Assembly: GCA_963842525.1 (NCBI GenBank)
Contig: CAWJGT010000009.1
Location: 256,001 to 320,000, forward strand
Reading direction: 5' to 3'
DNA: 64,000 nucleotides
DNA from: an uncultured Holophagales bacterium
Lineage (GTDB): Bacteria > Acidobacteriota > Thermoanaerobaculia > Multivoradales > UBA5704
The position numbers and the translations under genes are program-made. Below, in pieces: positions 18,969 to 28,836 of the stretch (within the stretch, counting starts at the first letter, position 1; every line of letters begins with the position of its first letter). The notes below the pieces were generated by a model. It saw only the letters and a program-made list of their open reading frames with translations. It had not been told where the DNA came from and ran no database searches.

Positions 18969-21152
18969 TTATCGGACGTCCACGTCCTCGACAACCACCT
19001 CCTGCAGCGTCCGTTTGAAAAACTCTTCCATGCGCGCATAGAAGTGGGTGAGGGCAGGAGGGTTGACGGCGTGCTTCTGGCCCGGATAGAAGCCCTGCTC
19101 GAAGGGGATGCCGGCTTTTACCAGGGCGTCGGTCAACAGGATCGTGTTCTGCGGGTGGACGTTGTCGTCCGCCAGACCATGAATGAGCAGGAGCCGGTCC
19201 TTGATCCGGTCGGCATAGGTGAGGGGGGACGATTCGAGGTAGCCCGATTCGTTGTCCTGCGGGGTGTCGAGGTAGCGTTCGGTCCAGATCGAGTCGTAGA
19301 GGTGCCAGTCGGTCACCGGCGCGCCCGCGACGCCGGCTTTCCAGACGCCGGGGCGATGGATCAGGCAATACAGGGTGTTGTAGCCGCCGCCGGACCAGCC
19401 CCAGAGGCCGATCCGCGCGGGGTCGACCCAGGGGAGGCTCTTGAGGTAGTCGACCCCGGCGAGCTGGCCGGCGAGGTTGACCTCGCCCATCCGGCGGTAG
19501 TCCAGATCCTCCCCCTTCTTGCCGAAGAAGGTCGAGGCCTGGTTGTCGACGCTGAAGACCACGAAGCCGCGCTGAGCCATCCGCTTGTGCCAAAGGTCGC
19601 GCCGGCGGGTGTCCGGCTTGTCGGCCACGACCTGGGAGCCGGGGCCGCCGTAGTGGTAGACGATCACGGGGTAGCGGCGCGACGGATCGAACCCCTGCGG
19701 CTTGAGGAGCCGGGCGGGCAGGCGCGCGCCGCCGGGCCCGGGAATGGTCAGGTACTCCCAGTGCGGCAGGCTCGCCGGGTCGTATCTGGACGGCGGCACC
19801 CAGGGCAGGGGCACCGCGCTGCCGTCGGCCCGCCGCACCTCCAACCGGCCCGGGAGGTCTGCGCTGGTCCAGGTATGGACCCAGGCGCCGGTCGGAGCCA
19901 CCGGCTGTGCCTCATGGGTGCCCTTCCCTTGCGTGAGGCTCTCCCAACGGTCCTCCCCGAGCCGGGCGCGCAGGACATGGCGCTCGGCGGGGCCCAGGCC
20001 CTGGGTCCGGAAGGCCGTGAGGATCACCTCGCCGCCGTCCCCGGCCAGGCCGCCGAGCCCGGTGACGGCCCAGCCTTCGGGGGAGACCTGACGCAGCAGG
20101 CGGCCGTCGGCGCCGTAGAAGTAGAGCGCCCGCCAGCCGCTCCGTTCGGAGCCCCAGAGGAACCGGCCGTCGGGGAGGAAGAGGAGGTCGTTCGCCAGGT
20201 TCACCCAGGTCGGCCAGCTCTCAGTGGCGAGGGGCGAGCAGCGGCCGTCCGTGGCGGCGCAGCGGAGGAGGTCGAGCCGGGTCTGGCTGCGCGTGAGCGC
20301 CTGGATGGCCAGGGCGTCTCCGGCGGGCGTCCAGGCCACCCGCGCCAGGTATTGGTCCTGGTCGCCGGTCGACATCCAGGTGGTCCGGCCGCTGGCGAGG
20401 TCGAGCACTCCGACGCGCACCCTGGGATTGGGATCGCCCGGCTTGGGGAATTTCTGCCAGTTGACCTTCGGATGGAGCGGCGATTCGTCGACCAGGGGGT
20501 GGACGGGGACGTCGCGCTCGTCGAACTCGTAGTAGGCGATCCGCCGGCTGTCGGGGCTCCACCAGAAGCCGGTGGCTTCGCGGTCCCAGATCTCCTCCCA
20601 ATAGACCCAATCGGTCGTGCCGTTCAGGGTCAGGTTCTTTGCGCCGCCTTCGGTGAGGCGCCGCACCTGGCGTGTTCCGAGGTCCATCAGATAAAGGTCA
20701 TACTCGCGCACGAAGGCGACCTGCGTGCCGTCGGGCGAGAGCTTCGGGTCCTCCTCGGCCTCGGCGGTCTCGGTCAGCCGCCGGAGCCGGCGGTCGGCCA
20801 GCGGGAAGAGGAAGAGGTCGCCGCTCGACTCCAGCAGCAGCGCGTCTCCCTGGGGGGACCAGGCGTAGCCGTCGAGCGTGGCCTCCGCGCCCGCGGCCTT
20901 GGCAAGATCGGCCAGGGACAGCAGGGCCTCGCTCTGGCCCGTGGCGGGGTCGAGGGCCTGGAGGGCCTCACCGCGGCCGTCGTCCCAGAGGTAGGTGAGC
21001 CGCCGGCCGTCCGGCGACCAGGCAATCTGGCCGGGAGAGCGGCCTGCCCAGTCGGCAGAGGCGATCGCGTCGTAGGAGAGCGCGGCTTGGCCAGCGCCCG
21101 CGGCGGGGACGAGGAGACCGAGCAAGAGCGGGAGAAGGAGGGCGGAACGCAT
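18969..21152 (-). CDS. S9B dipeptidyl-peptidase IV family protein
   Basis: Signal peptide, DWVYWEE, GLWGWSGGG, HGLADDNVH. Confidence 0.93.
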   Translation of the reverse strand: MRSALLLPLLLGLLVPAAGAGQAALSYDAIASADWAGRSPGQIAWSPDGRRLTYLWDDGRGEALQALDPATGQSEALLSLADLAKAAGAEATLDGYAWSPQGDALLLESSGDLFLFPLADRRLRRLTETAEAEEDPKLSPDGTQVAFVREYDLYLMDLGTRQVRRLTEGGAKNLTLNGTTDWVYWEEIWDREATGFWWSPDSRRIAYYEFDERDVPVHPLVDESPLHPKVNWQKFPKPGDPNPRVRVGVLDLASGRTTWMSTGDQDQYLARVAWTPAGDALAIQALTRSQTRLDLLRCAATDGRCSPLATESWPTWVNLANDLLFLPDGRFLWGSERSGWRALYFYGADGRLLRQVSPEGWAVTGLGGLAGDGGEVILTAFRTQGLGPAERHVLRARLGEDRWESLTQGKGTHEAQPVAPTGAWVHTWTSADLPGRLEVRRADGSAVPLPWVPPSRYDPASLPHWEYLTIPGPGGARLPARLLKPQGFDPSRRYPVIVYHYGGPGSQVVADKPDTRRRDLWHKRMAQRGFVVFSVDNQASTFFGKKGEDLDYRRMGEVNLAGQLAGVDYLKSLPWVDPARIGLWGWSGGGYNTLYCLIHRPGVWKAGVAGAPVTDWHLYDSIWTERYLDTPQDNESGYLESSPLTYADRIKDRLLLIHGLADDNVHPQNTILLTDALVKAGIPFEQGFYPGQKHAVNPPALTHFYARMEEFFKRTLQEVVVEDVDVR

Positions 21153-21230
21153 GGCGCGGAGTCTACTATTCTGGAGTTGCAACCTTGGCGTTGCAGCGCT
21201 CGTAGTGGGGACACGATGGAGGGACACGCC

Positions 21231-22433
21231 ATGAAACCACAAAGACCTGCCGCGCTGCTCGCGGCTTCGCTGCTCCTGACCGGCGCGCTGGCCGCCGTTG
21301 CCGAGACTCCAACCAAGACGCGGGCCTTGCGCCACGCCTTTCCCGCAAAGACCGCCGAGCTGCGGCTCGCCAACCTGGCCGGCCGGATCGAGCTGGTCCG
21401 CGCGCCGGGAAACCAGGTGGTGGTCGACGCCACGATCCACGCCGCCGGCGACAACGCCCGCGAGACCAAGGAGCTGCTCGACGGCATGAAGTGGGTGCGC
21501 GGCGAGGACCGGGACGGCAACGACGAGTGGGTGCTCTCCTACCCTGTCGACGACTACCGCGGCTTCCACTACCCCCGGCCCGGCAAGGATTCGGACATCC
21601 CCGAATTCCTCCGCTTCCTCGACTTCGGCGGGTACTCCACCACGTTCTATCGCGGCGAGAACGTCCGCATCTACCGGGAGAAGCGCTCGTCGGTTCCCAC
21701 TCTCTACGCCAATCTGCGGATCGCGCTGCCGGCCGGAAGCCACGTCGCGGTGCGCAACGCCGTGGGCGCGGTGCGCGCGGACGGGCCGCTCGAAGGGGAC
21801 CTGCAGGTGAGGACCGGCAGCGGCGACGTCCGGATGGCCGCGTTCTCCGGCCAGTTGGGGGTCCGCACCGGCTCGGGCGACGTCACCATGGGCTCGGTCA
21901 CGGGCGAGAGCTCGATCGCCACCGGCTCGGGCGATGTGGTCGTCCGCAAGATGGTGGGCAACGGCTCGCTGGACACCGGCTCGGGCGACGTTACAGTCGA
22001 GAGCGTCTCGGCCGGCAAGCTGGCGGTGGACACCGGCTCGGGCGACGTGGTGGTGCGCAACGGCACGACCGGCCGGCTGCTGGCCAAGACCGGCTCGGGC
22101 AGCGTGCAACTGCTCGGCGTGGAGGTCCAGGAGCTGGACGCCAAGACCGGCTCGGGTGACGTGGTCCTCCGCAGCTCGCTCGCCCAGGCCAAAGAGGTGG
22201 TCGCCCGCACGGGCAGCGGCGACATCGAAATCTTCGCGGGCCCGCAGGCCTCGTTTGACATCACATCGTCCCAGGGGAGCGGCGACCTCGAGGTGGGCTA
22301 TCGGGACGCCAACCTGCGCCGCTCCTCGTCGGGCCGCAAGGTCATCGGTGCCAAGCGCGGCGACGGCCGCACGGTGATCCGCCTCCAGACCGGCAGCGGG
22401 GACTGCGTGATCACCCCGCGGCAGTCCTCCTAA
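21231..22433 (+). CDS. Secreted DUF4097 beta-strand-repeat protein
   Basis: Signal peptide; recurring TGSGDV motif. Confidence 0.88.
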   Translation: MKPQRPAALLAASLLLTGALAAVAETPTKTRALRHAFPAKTAELRLANLAGRIELVRAPGNQVVVDATIHAAGDNARETKELLDGMKWVRGEDRDGNDEWVLSYPVDDYRGFHYPRPGKDSDIPEFLRFLDFGGYSTTFYRGENVRIYREKRSSVPTLYANLRIALPAGSHVAVRNAVGAVRADGPLEGDLQVRTGSGDVRMAAFSGQLGVRTGSGDVTMGSVTGESSIATGSGDVVVRKMVGNGSLDTGSGDVTVESVSAGKLAVDTGSGDVVVRNGTTGRLLAKTGSGSVQLLGVEVQELDAKTGSGDVVLRSSLAQAKEVVARTGSGDIEIFAGPQASFDITSSQGSGDLEVGYRDANLRRSSSGRKVIGAKRGDGRTVIRLQTGSGDCVITPRQSS

Positions 22434-22473
22434 ACCTCGAACTGATCTGCTGTTGTCTCGTCTCTTCGTTCCG

Positions 22474-22500
22474 GCCCCCTTTGGCGAGGGGGCTTTTTTT
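22474..22500 (+). terminator. Intrinsic terminator
   Basis: gccccct-ttggcg-agggggc followed by a T-run. Confidence 0.85.
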
Positions 22501-22702
22501 CCTCACCCCCTGTCCCCCTCTCCCATCGCCCCACCCCCGGCCGGGAGAGGGGGGACGTCGCTGGGGCTGAAAGGCGAGGTCGAGGCTCTCTGGTGAGGGA
22601 GCCCCTGAAGAGGCTCTGCAAGCGATCCCCTCAGAGCATCAACTACGTCCCCCCTCTCCCGGGGGAAGGTGGGGCGACGGGAGAGGGGGACAGGGGGTGA
22701 GG
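22501..22702. repeat. REP-like family A inverted doublet
   Basis: cctcaccccc...gggagagggggg (22501-22555) and inverted copy (22648-22702) between convergent genes. Confidence 0.85.
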
Positions 22703-22704
22703 TT

Positions 22705-24387
22705 TTACATCTTGCTGTAGTTCGGCCCGCCGCCGCCCTCGGGGGGGACCCAGGTGATGATCCCGTACGGGTCCATGATGTCGCAGGTTTTGCAGTGCAC
22801 GCAGTTGCTGGCGTTGATCTGCAGCCGCTGGCCCGTGGGCGAGGCCGGCTCGGGCACCATCTCGTAGACCGAGGCCGGGCAGAAGCGCTGGCAGGGGTTG
22901 GCGTATTCGACCGCGCACTGGTAGATGCAGATGTCGGTGTCCGCGACCAGCAGGTGGACCGGCTGGTCCTCCTCGTGCGCGGTCCCCGAGTTGTAGACGT
23001 CCGCCAGCTTGTCGAAGGTGAGCACGCCGTCGGGCTTGACCGGCTCGGGCGGCTTGAGCTTCTGTCCTTCGGGGCTGTTCAGCCGGACCATCCGCTCGTG
23101 GCCGGGCCGGGTCTGCAGGCGGTCGAGGGCTCCCCAGCCGCGGCCGTTCGTCACCAGGCCGAGGCCCGCCTGGACCATGCCGGCCGCGACCCCGTGGTCG
23201 AAGGCCTGGTGGAAGTTGCGCACCTGCCAGAGCTCGTCCTTGATCCAGCTCTCGTCGATCTTCTGCTCGAAGCGGGACAACCGCTCGGCCGTGGCGCCGC
23301 CGGCCACCAGCGCCTCGAAGATCGTCTCGGCGGCGAGCATCCCGGACTTCATGCCGAGGTGGATTCCCTTGAGGCGCTGGCTGTTGAGCGTCCCCGCCGA
23401 GTCGCCGATGATCAGGAAGCCGTCGCCCCAGGAGCGCGGCATCGCCCACCAGCCGCCCTCGGGGATCGCCTTGGCGCCATAGAACGCCATCCGTCCGCCT
23501 TCGAGGAGGCTGCGGATCTCGGGATGGGTCTTGAAGCGCTGGAATTCCTGGTGCGGGTCGAGCAGCGGGTTGCGGTAGTCCAGGCCGACGACCAGGCCGA
23601 CGACGAGCTGGTCATTCTGCATGCCGTAGAGGAAGCCGCCGCCGAAGATGTGCATGTCGAGCGGCCAGCCCATGGTGTGGATCACGTCGCCCGCCGCGAT
23701 CCGTCCCGGCGGGAGGTCCCAGACCTCCTTGATGCCGATCGAGTAGACCTGCGGGTTCTTCCCCTCCCAGAGGCCCAGGTCCGCGTCGAGCTGCTTGACC
23801 AGGGTGCCGCGGGGACCTTCGCCGAGCACCACCACCTGCGAGCGGATGTCGACCCCCGGCTCGTAGTTGGCCTTCTTCTCGCCGGTATGCGAGATGCCGC
23901 GGTCCGCGGTGCGGACGCCGACCACCCGGCCGTTCTCGACCAGCGCGCGGGAGGCGGGAAACTCGTAGAAGATGTCGACCCCCAGCTCCTCGACCCGCGG
24001 GACCATCCACTTGAGGAGCTTGCCGAGCGAGGCGACGTAGTTGCCCTCGTTCTCGAGCGGCGGCGGGATGGGCATGCCGAAGGCCCGTTTGCCGGTGAGG
24101 AACAGGAGCTTCTCGTGCTCGACCTTGCCCTCGTACGGAGCGTTGCGCCAGTCGTCGGGGAACAGCTCGCGGAGGGCGCGCGGGTCCACCACGGCGCCGG
24201 AGAGGGCGTGGCTGCCGATCTCGCGGCCCTTCTCCAGGACCCCGATCGAGACCTCCAGCTTCGCGGCGGATTTTGCATTGTGATCGCGGATTAGGCGCGC
24301 GAGGTGATAGGCCCCGGCCAGGCTGGCCGGTCCGGCGCCGACGAAGAGGACATCGATGTCCAGAGTTTCGCGTTCCTGGTCGCTCAT
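22705..24387 (-). CDS. Electron transfer flavoprotein-quinone oxidoreductase
   Basis: VGAGPA FAD motif, LKGIHLGMKSG, CPASVYE and NCVHCKTCD Fe-S motifs. Confidence 0.93.
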   Translation of the reverse strand: MSDQERETLDIDVLFVGAGPASLAGAYHLARLIRDHNAKSAAKLEVSIGVLEKGREIGSHALSGAVVDPRALRELFPDDWRNAPYEGKVEHEKLLFLTGKRAFGMPIPPPLENEGNYVASLGKLLKWMVPRVEELGVDIFYEFPASRALVENGRVVGVRTADRGISHTGEKKANYEPGVDIRSQVVVLGEGPRGTLVKQLDADLGLWEGKNPQVYSIGIKEVWDLPPGRIAAGDVIHTMGWPLDMHIFGGGFLYGMQNDQLVVGLVVGLDYRNPLLDPHQEFQRFKTHPEIRSLLEGGRMAFYGAKAIPEGGWWAMPRSWGDGFLIIGDSAGTLNSQRLKGIHLGMKSGMLAAETIFEALVAGGATAERLSRFEQKIDESWIKDELWQVRNFHQAFDHGVAAGMVQAGLGLVTNGRGWGALDRLQTRPGHERMVRLNSPEGQKLKPPEPVKPDGVLTFDKLADVYNSGTAHEEDQPVHLLVADTDICIYQCAVEYANPCQRFCPASVYEMVPEPASPTGQRLQINASNCVHCKTCDIMDPYGIITWVPPEGGGGPNYSKM

Positions 24388-24886
24388 GCGGCTCGGCTCC
24401 TCCCGTTCCTGCATCTCATGTCATCGAGCGCAGGGGATGCTACCATGCGGAAGGCCCGTGCAAGGAATCCGGCCGCGGGTTTCGACCCCGACGGTCAAAA
24501 AGAGGAGCCTTCATGCTCCCTCGCCCGCCTCGATGCACTCGCCGCCACGGCCGGCCTCGTCTGCGGGGCGGAGCAGGGCCTCGATGCCGGCATCCACAAC
24601 CGCTGGCACATCCGGACCTACGCCATGGGAAGCCGCACCGCCGTCCGCGAGGCACCCCTGGCCCGGGATCCTCAGGGCTTCATCGACGAGTGGCTCGCCC
24701 GCAGCCGAACCGCATTTGATAAGCTCGCGCCCTGACTGAGTCGGCACCGCCCTCATAGGATAGTTTCTATTCAGACATGGGCTCATACTGGGAGTATCGG
24801 AATGTCTTCGACAAACGTCGGCTCCAAGCCGAATCTCACGCCGACTGAGAAAACTGTCCTCAGGGTCATGTCAGAAGCTCCAGGAG

Positions 24887-26686
24887 ATGTTCGGCGAGCT
24901 CGTCATCAACGAGCAAAGGAGTGAGCTGGTTCGAGAGCTGGATTCTGCGATCCTGCGATCCACCTTCTCGCCGCAGGAAGTCTTTGAGCTTATCATTGAG
25001 AATTGCTTGTCCCGTACAGACTCGCAGCATGGGCAGGTGCTTCTATACAAGCACAATCGCCTGGTGGTGGCTGCGAGCTCGGAGCCGAGCCGTATCGGCG
25101 AGGAGCTGTTTCTCCATAACTCTTTGTGCGGCAAGGCCATCCGCGAGAGATCCGATCAACACTATCCGGACGTTTCCGTGATACCACCGAGCTCTTACGC
25201 TCGGTATCACGACGAGACAAAAAGCGAGCTCGTCGTCCTTATCCAGCCAGCCAACGTAGGCAGGGTCCTCGGTGTGCTGGCTTTGGAGCGCGAAGCGCTC
25301 GGTCCATTCCCAGCAACGGCGCGCGACTTCGCCAAGCTCCTTGCTGGCCAGGCAGCCATTGCCATCCAGCATGCCCGCACGTGGTCCGGCGTAAAGACCC
25401 TATATGACCTCAGCACCGCGCTGGTTGCAGGTACTGTGGAGCTTGAGCAGAGTGGTCAGGAAATCCTCAATGCTCTGCTGGACAACTTCGACTTTGAATA
25501 CGGCCAGATTCTAGGCTTCGAGAGTAATGAGTTTGTTATCATCGCGAGCAGCCGTAGGGGCGACATTGGACTTCGTCCTGGCCGGGACTCGTCACTGTGC
25601 GGCCACTATCTATTAGCCGAGGGTAAGCGGGATATCTTGGTCATCAATGATATTGAGCGGTCGGAGTACAAAGATCTTTACCTGGCTCTGCTCGGGGCGG
25701 AGGGCGAACGTATGAAGAGCGAGATGATCATACCGCTCGTCGACAATTCGGGTCGACTCACAGGGGCGTTGAACATTGAAAGCCCTCAGGTCGGGATTTT
25801 CTCAGATTTTGATGTAAGTTTGTTCGGCGTGGTCGGACACCTTTTGGCCGCTGCAATCTCGGCCACGTTTGCCCGTCGTAAACGAGCGAAAGAGGAGCAA
25901 ATAAAGAGGGCGGATCTAGCTATGACGCACCTCGGCAATGTCGCCCAGTCGTTTCTTCATCGATTTGGCAGTAGCGTTGGCGACGCTAAAGGGCGGATGC
26001 TCGAGCTCAGGCAGCATTTGGAAGGGCGAGATTTGCCGAAATTGCGACGAAAAGAGCTCAGCGTGGTTGATTTCATAGGCGACATCGTGGAGAGCCTCGG
26101 CGAGGCCAAGGTGGTGGTGGATGACTTCAGCAACCGGTTCGATCCACAATTGGTCGACTTCCAGTTCCAGGACATCGATCTCGCGGCGGTCGGTAGAGAG
26201 CTCTTGGAGAAGTACCAGCAAAGGTATGCCGATACTGGGATCGAATTTCGTTTCGATGACCAGATGCCGTCAGTCGACAAAAATGGCCGGATGAGTGTCG
26301 GCAGCCGTGCTGTGTGTCGGTTGACTGAGAAGGTATACGACGTTATCGAAAATCTTTTGGATAATGCCGTGCGAGCCGTGGTGGAGCGGCCTGCGGTGGA
26401 CAGGCCCGGCGAGATCGCCATAATCCTCTCCCTCAGCGCTGCCCTCAGCGCGCGCCTGCGGGTGCAAGACAACGGAGTCGGTATCGACGCGGCAGAGCGG
26501 CGAAAGATTTTCGAGTTCGGTTACAGCACTCGCAAGAGCGGAGGCACTTCGCTTGGTATAGGACTTTGGTTCTGCGAGTACTACACTCTTCAGCTCGGAG
26601 GGAAGATCACCTTCGATTCGGAGAGAGGGTCAGGTTCGTGGTTCGAGATCGAGTTCCCTACGATTGCCATAGAGGCTGAAGCCTGA
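24887..26686 (+). CDS. Soluble GAF-GAF histidine kinase (may start at 24802 if an indel is present)
   Basis: Two GAF repeats (SLCG...SEL/SEM...GVL/GALN.E), H-box FLHRFGS, ENLLDNA, DNGVGI, FEFGYST, GIGLW. Confidence 0.88.
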   Translation: MFGELVINEQRSELVRELDSAILRSTFSPQEVFELIIENCLSRTDSQHGQVLLYKHNRLVVAASSEPSRIGEELFLHNSLCGKAIRERSDQHYPDVSVIPPSSYARYHDETKSELVVLIQPANVGRVLGVLALEREALGPFPATARDFAKLLAGQAAIAIQHARTWSGVKTLYDLSTALVAGTVELEQSGQEILNALLDNFDFEYGQILGFESNEFVIIASSRRGDIGLRPGRDSSLCGHYLLAEGKRDILVINDIERSEYKDLYLALLGAEGERMKSEMIIPLVDNSGRLTGALNIESPQVGIFSDFDVSLFGVVGHLLAAAISATFARRKRAKEEQIKRADLAMTHLGNVAQSFLHRFGSSVGDAKGRMLELRQHLEGRDLPKLRRKELSVVDFIGDIVESLGEAKVVVDDFSNRFDPQLVDFQFQDIDLAAVGRELLEKYQQRYADTGIEFRFDDQMPSVDKNGRMSVGSRAVCRLTEKVYDVIENLLDNAVRAVVERPAVDRPGEIAIILSLSAALSARLRVQDNGVGIDAAERRKIFEFGYSTRKSGGTSLGIGLWFCEYYTLQLGGKITFDSERGSGSWFEIEFPTIAIEAEA

Positions 26687-26703
26687 GGCACAGGAGGAAG
26701 AGC

Positions 26704-27519
26704 ATGAAGGCGCGCATTCTTGTGGTCGAAGACGAGGAGCGGTGGCTGGAGAACTTCCAGGAGTGGATACCGGAGGATCTGGCTTCCCAGGACTCCGCTT
26801 CATCCTCGATCGAGGCTGCCAGGCTGCTGCGCAGGTTTCATTACGACCTTGTGCTGCTCGATTTGTCGATGGACGTTACCAATATCTCCAATCGGGATAC
26901 CCGTCCGATTCAGGAGTATCTTGCACGGCGGCCCGAGGGGACGCTGTACATTGTGATCTCGGCAACAGCGCAGAAGCACGACGTTCGTGACGCGGCGTTC
27001 AGGCTTGGGGCATGGGACGTCATCTTCAAAACTGAAGCTGAGCCGGCTGTTCTCAGGGAGAGGGTGGCGGCAGCGGTGGCAGACACTGGTCGACATCATG
27101 AGCAATGGATCATCGAGGCCAGGACAAAGTTGATCAAGGATCACGTGCATGACGGCCAGATCCTCAGCGCTCTGCAGCCACGTGGGGGAGCATCCAGCAT
27201 GTACGGCCTCATGGATGCCCTGTTTCGCGCCATCGCTCCGATCGGACAGCATCGCGACAGGCTGCACTTCGCCGTCACAGGCCAATGCGTGTGCGGTCTG
27301 GTATGGAGCCGCCTTCGGGGGGCAGCGGTTTCCTTCGTCCTTGCGAATCGCAGCATAGAGGAAGAGGCCGCGCTGGCAGAGCTCGCGGACTGGATGGGGT
27401 TTGCGGAGCGGGGCGAGCGCCTGATCTCTCGAGAGCTGCACCGAGTTCGTATATGGGGATTCGAGGAGACGAGCATCACGGATTCCCACTTCGACCTTCC
27501 TGACATCCGGGTCGCTTGA
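26704..27519 (+). CDS. Response regulator with unrecognised C-terminal domain
   Basis: ILVVEDE, VLLDLSM, ISAT, IFK receiver residues; RBS aggagg. Confidence 0.85.
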   Translation: MKARILVVEDEERWLENFQEWIPEDLASQDSASSSIEAARLLRRFHYDLVLLDLSMDVTNISNRDTRPIQEYLARRPEGTLYIVISATAQKHDVRDAAFRLGAWDVIFKTEAEPAVLRERVAAAVADTGRHHEQWIIEARTKLIKDHVHDGQILSALQPRGGASSMYGLMDALFRAIAPIGQHRDRLHFAVTGQCVCGLVWSRLRGAAVSFVLANRSIEEEAALAELADWMGFAERGERLISRELHRVRIWGFEETSITDSHFDLPDIRVA

Positions 27520-28637
27520 GTGGCACGATGGAGTTGCCGATCGACCTGATCCGTGCGTTCAAGCTGGTAGGCGGTGAGGGTGTGGTGGCTTTCGTTGGAT
27601 CTGGCCCCTCGTGCGATGCCGGCGTCCCGAATTGGTCGGATCTGATCCGGTGCGTCGCAGTTGACGTCGGTCTCGATGCCGAGATCTCTCCATATTTGTC
27701 GACGGGGCGCCTGCTGGAAGCGGCACAGTTTCTCAGTCGCTCGAGGTCGGAGGAGGACATCCAGGAGAGGGTAGCGAAGGAGATTCAACGGACCGCCCGG
27801 CCGGGACGTGTCCACGAGCTCATCGTTGGCGCGCCCTTTTCGGGCATCGTGACCACAAATTACGACTTGCTGCTGAGCATGGCCGATCGAGCTCGAAAGT
27901 TTGACGTTCCGACGACCCATCAGAGCGTCACCGTTCGCGACCACCTTCATCGCCCATTCGTTCTCCATCTCCATGGGCATGTGAATGAGCCAAGGACGAT
28001 CGTGCTCAGTCGTAGCGGCTATGACCAGATCGTCGCCCCGGCAGGAGCGCCAGCCCGGCAGTTCTTGTATAGCACCCTGGGATCGTTTACGCTGCTCTTT
28101 ATCGGATTCGGGTTTCGAGACCCAAATATCGACGCCATCCTCAGGGAGGGCAGCGAGTTGAGCACAATCGGCGGGTCTAGCGTCTTTGCTCTAGTGCCGT
28201 CGGGCCCGAAGATTGATCATGTGCTCGATGCCAACCTAAGAACGAGGAAAGTCAATCCAATCTATATCGAAGATCGGGGCGATCACGGCACGCAAGCACT
28301 TTGCGAGTGGCTGGAAAGCCTGACACGGGCAGTCGAGAGGGTCACCTTGTCGCGTCAGTCGCCGGTGCGGAACGCCAAGCCGGCCGAGTTGCTGCAGAGG
28401 ATTCAGTCGCTGTTGCAATCAGGTGACTGGAGGCTTGTCCTCGCGAAGGCTGTGGCGGAACTGGAAAACCGCCCGGATTTGCAGAATCTTGCGCGCAAGG
28501 GATTCACCAATGAAGACATCCCAAGATTGTTCGATCAGATGTCGATCGGCGAGACACGGAGGATTTTGATGTCAGTGAATCGAGAGCGCAGGAATGAGGT
28601 GGTGGAGGATGCCCTCTCCTGCTTTCCGCCCGGGTGA
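27516..28637 (+). CDS. SIR2-like (defence-type) protein with C-terminal helical domain
   Basis: FVGSGPS..AGVPNW, IVTTNYD, LHLHG, LLFIGFGFRDPNI; overlaps RR stop. Confidence 0.9.
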   Translation: MSGTMELPIDLIRAFKLVGGEGVVAFVGSGPSCDAGVPNWSDLIRCVAVDVGLDAEISPYLSTGRLLEAAQFLSRSRSEEDIQERVAKEIQRTARPGRVHELIVGAPFSGIVTTNYDLLLSMADRARKFDVPTTHQSVTVRDHLHRPFVLHLHGHVNEPRTIVLSRSGYDQIVAPAGAPARQFLYSTLGSFTLLFIGFGFRDPNIDAILREGSELSTIGGSSVFALVPSGPKIDHVLDANLRTRKVNPIYIEDRGDHGTQALCEWLESLTRAVERVTLSRQSPVRNAKPAELLQRIQSLLQSGDWRLVLAKAVAELENRPDLQNLARKGFTNEDIPRLFDQMSIGETRRILMSVNRERRNEVVEDALSCFPPG

Positions 28638-28836
28638 GGTCCAGCGGGACAGGTCCCAGATCCTCTGCGGAGCGCTCGACACTGCGGCGAGCTTGGCGCT
28701 TCCCCACGCTCGCCGGCCCGAGGGATTCCTCGACCAAGGGCTCGCTCTCCCCTGGGACGAGACGGTCCGCTGGTCCGACCCACGCGCAGTGACCGGATTT
28801 GGAAAAAGAGTGGCGCCCTCATAGGATAGCGGCGCC

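Noticed and set aside
19044-21230. Giant overlapping ORFs (1129 aa +, 1046 aa -)
   Set aside because: Antisense shadows of two divergent genes; real starts are 21231 and 21152
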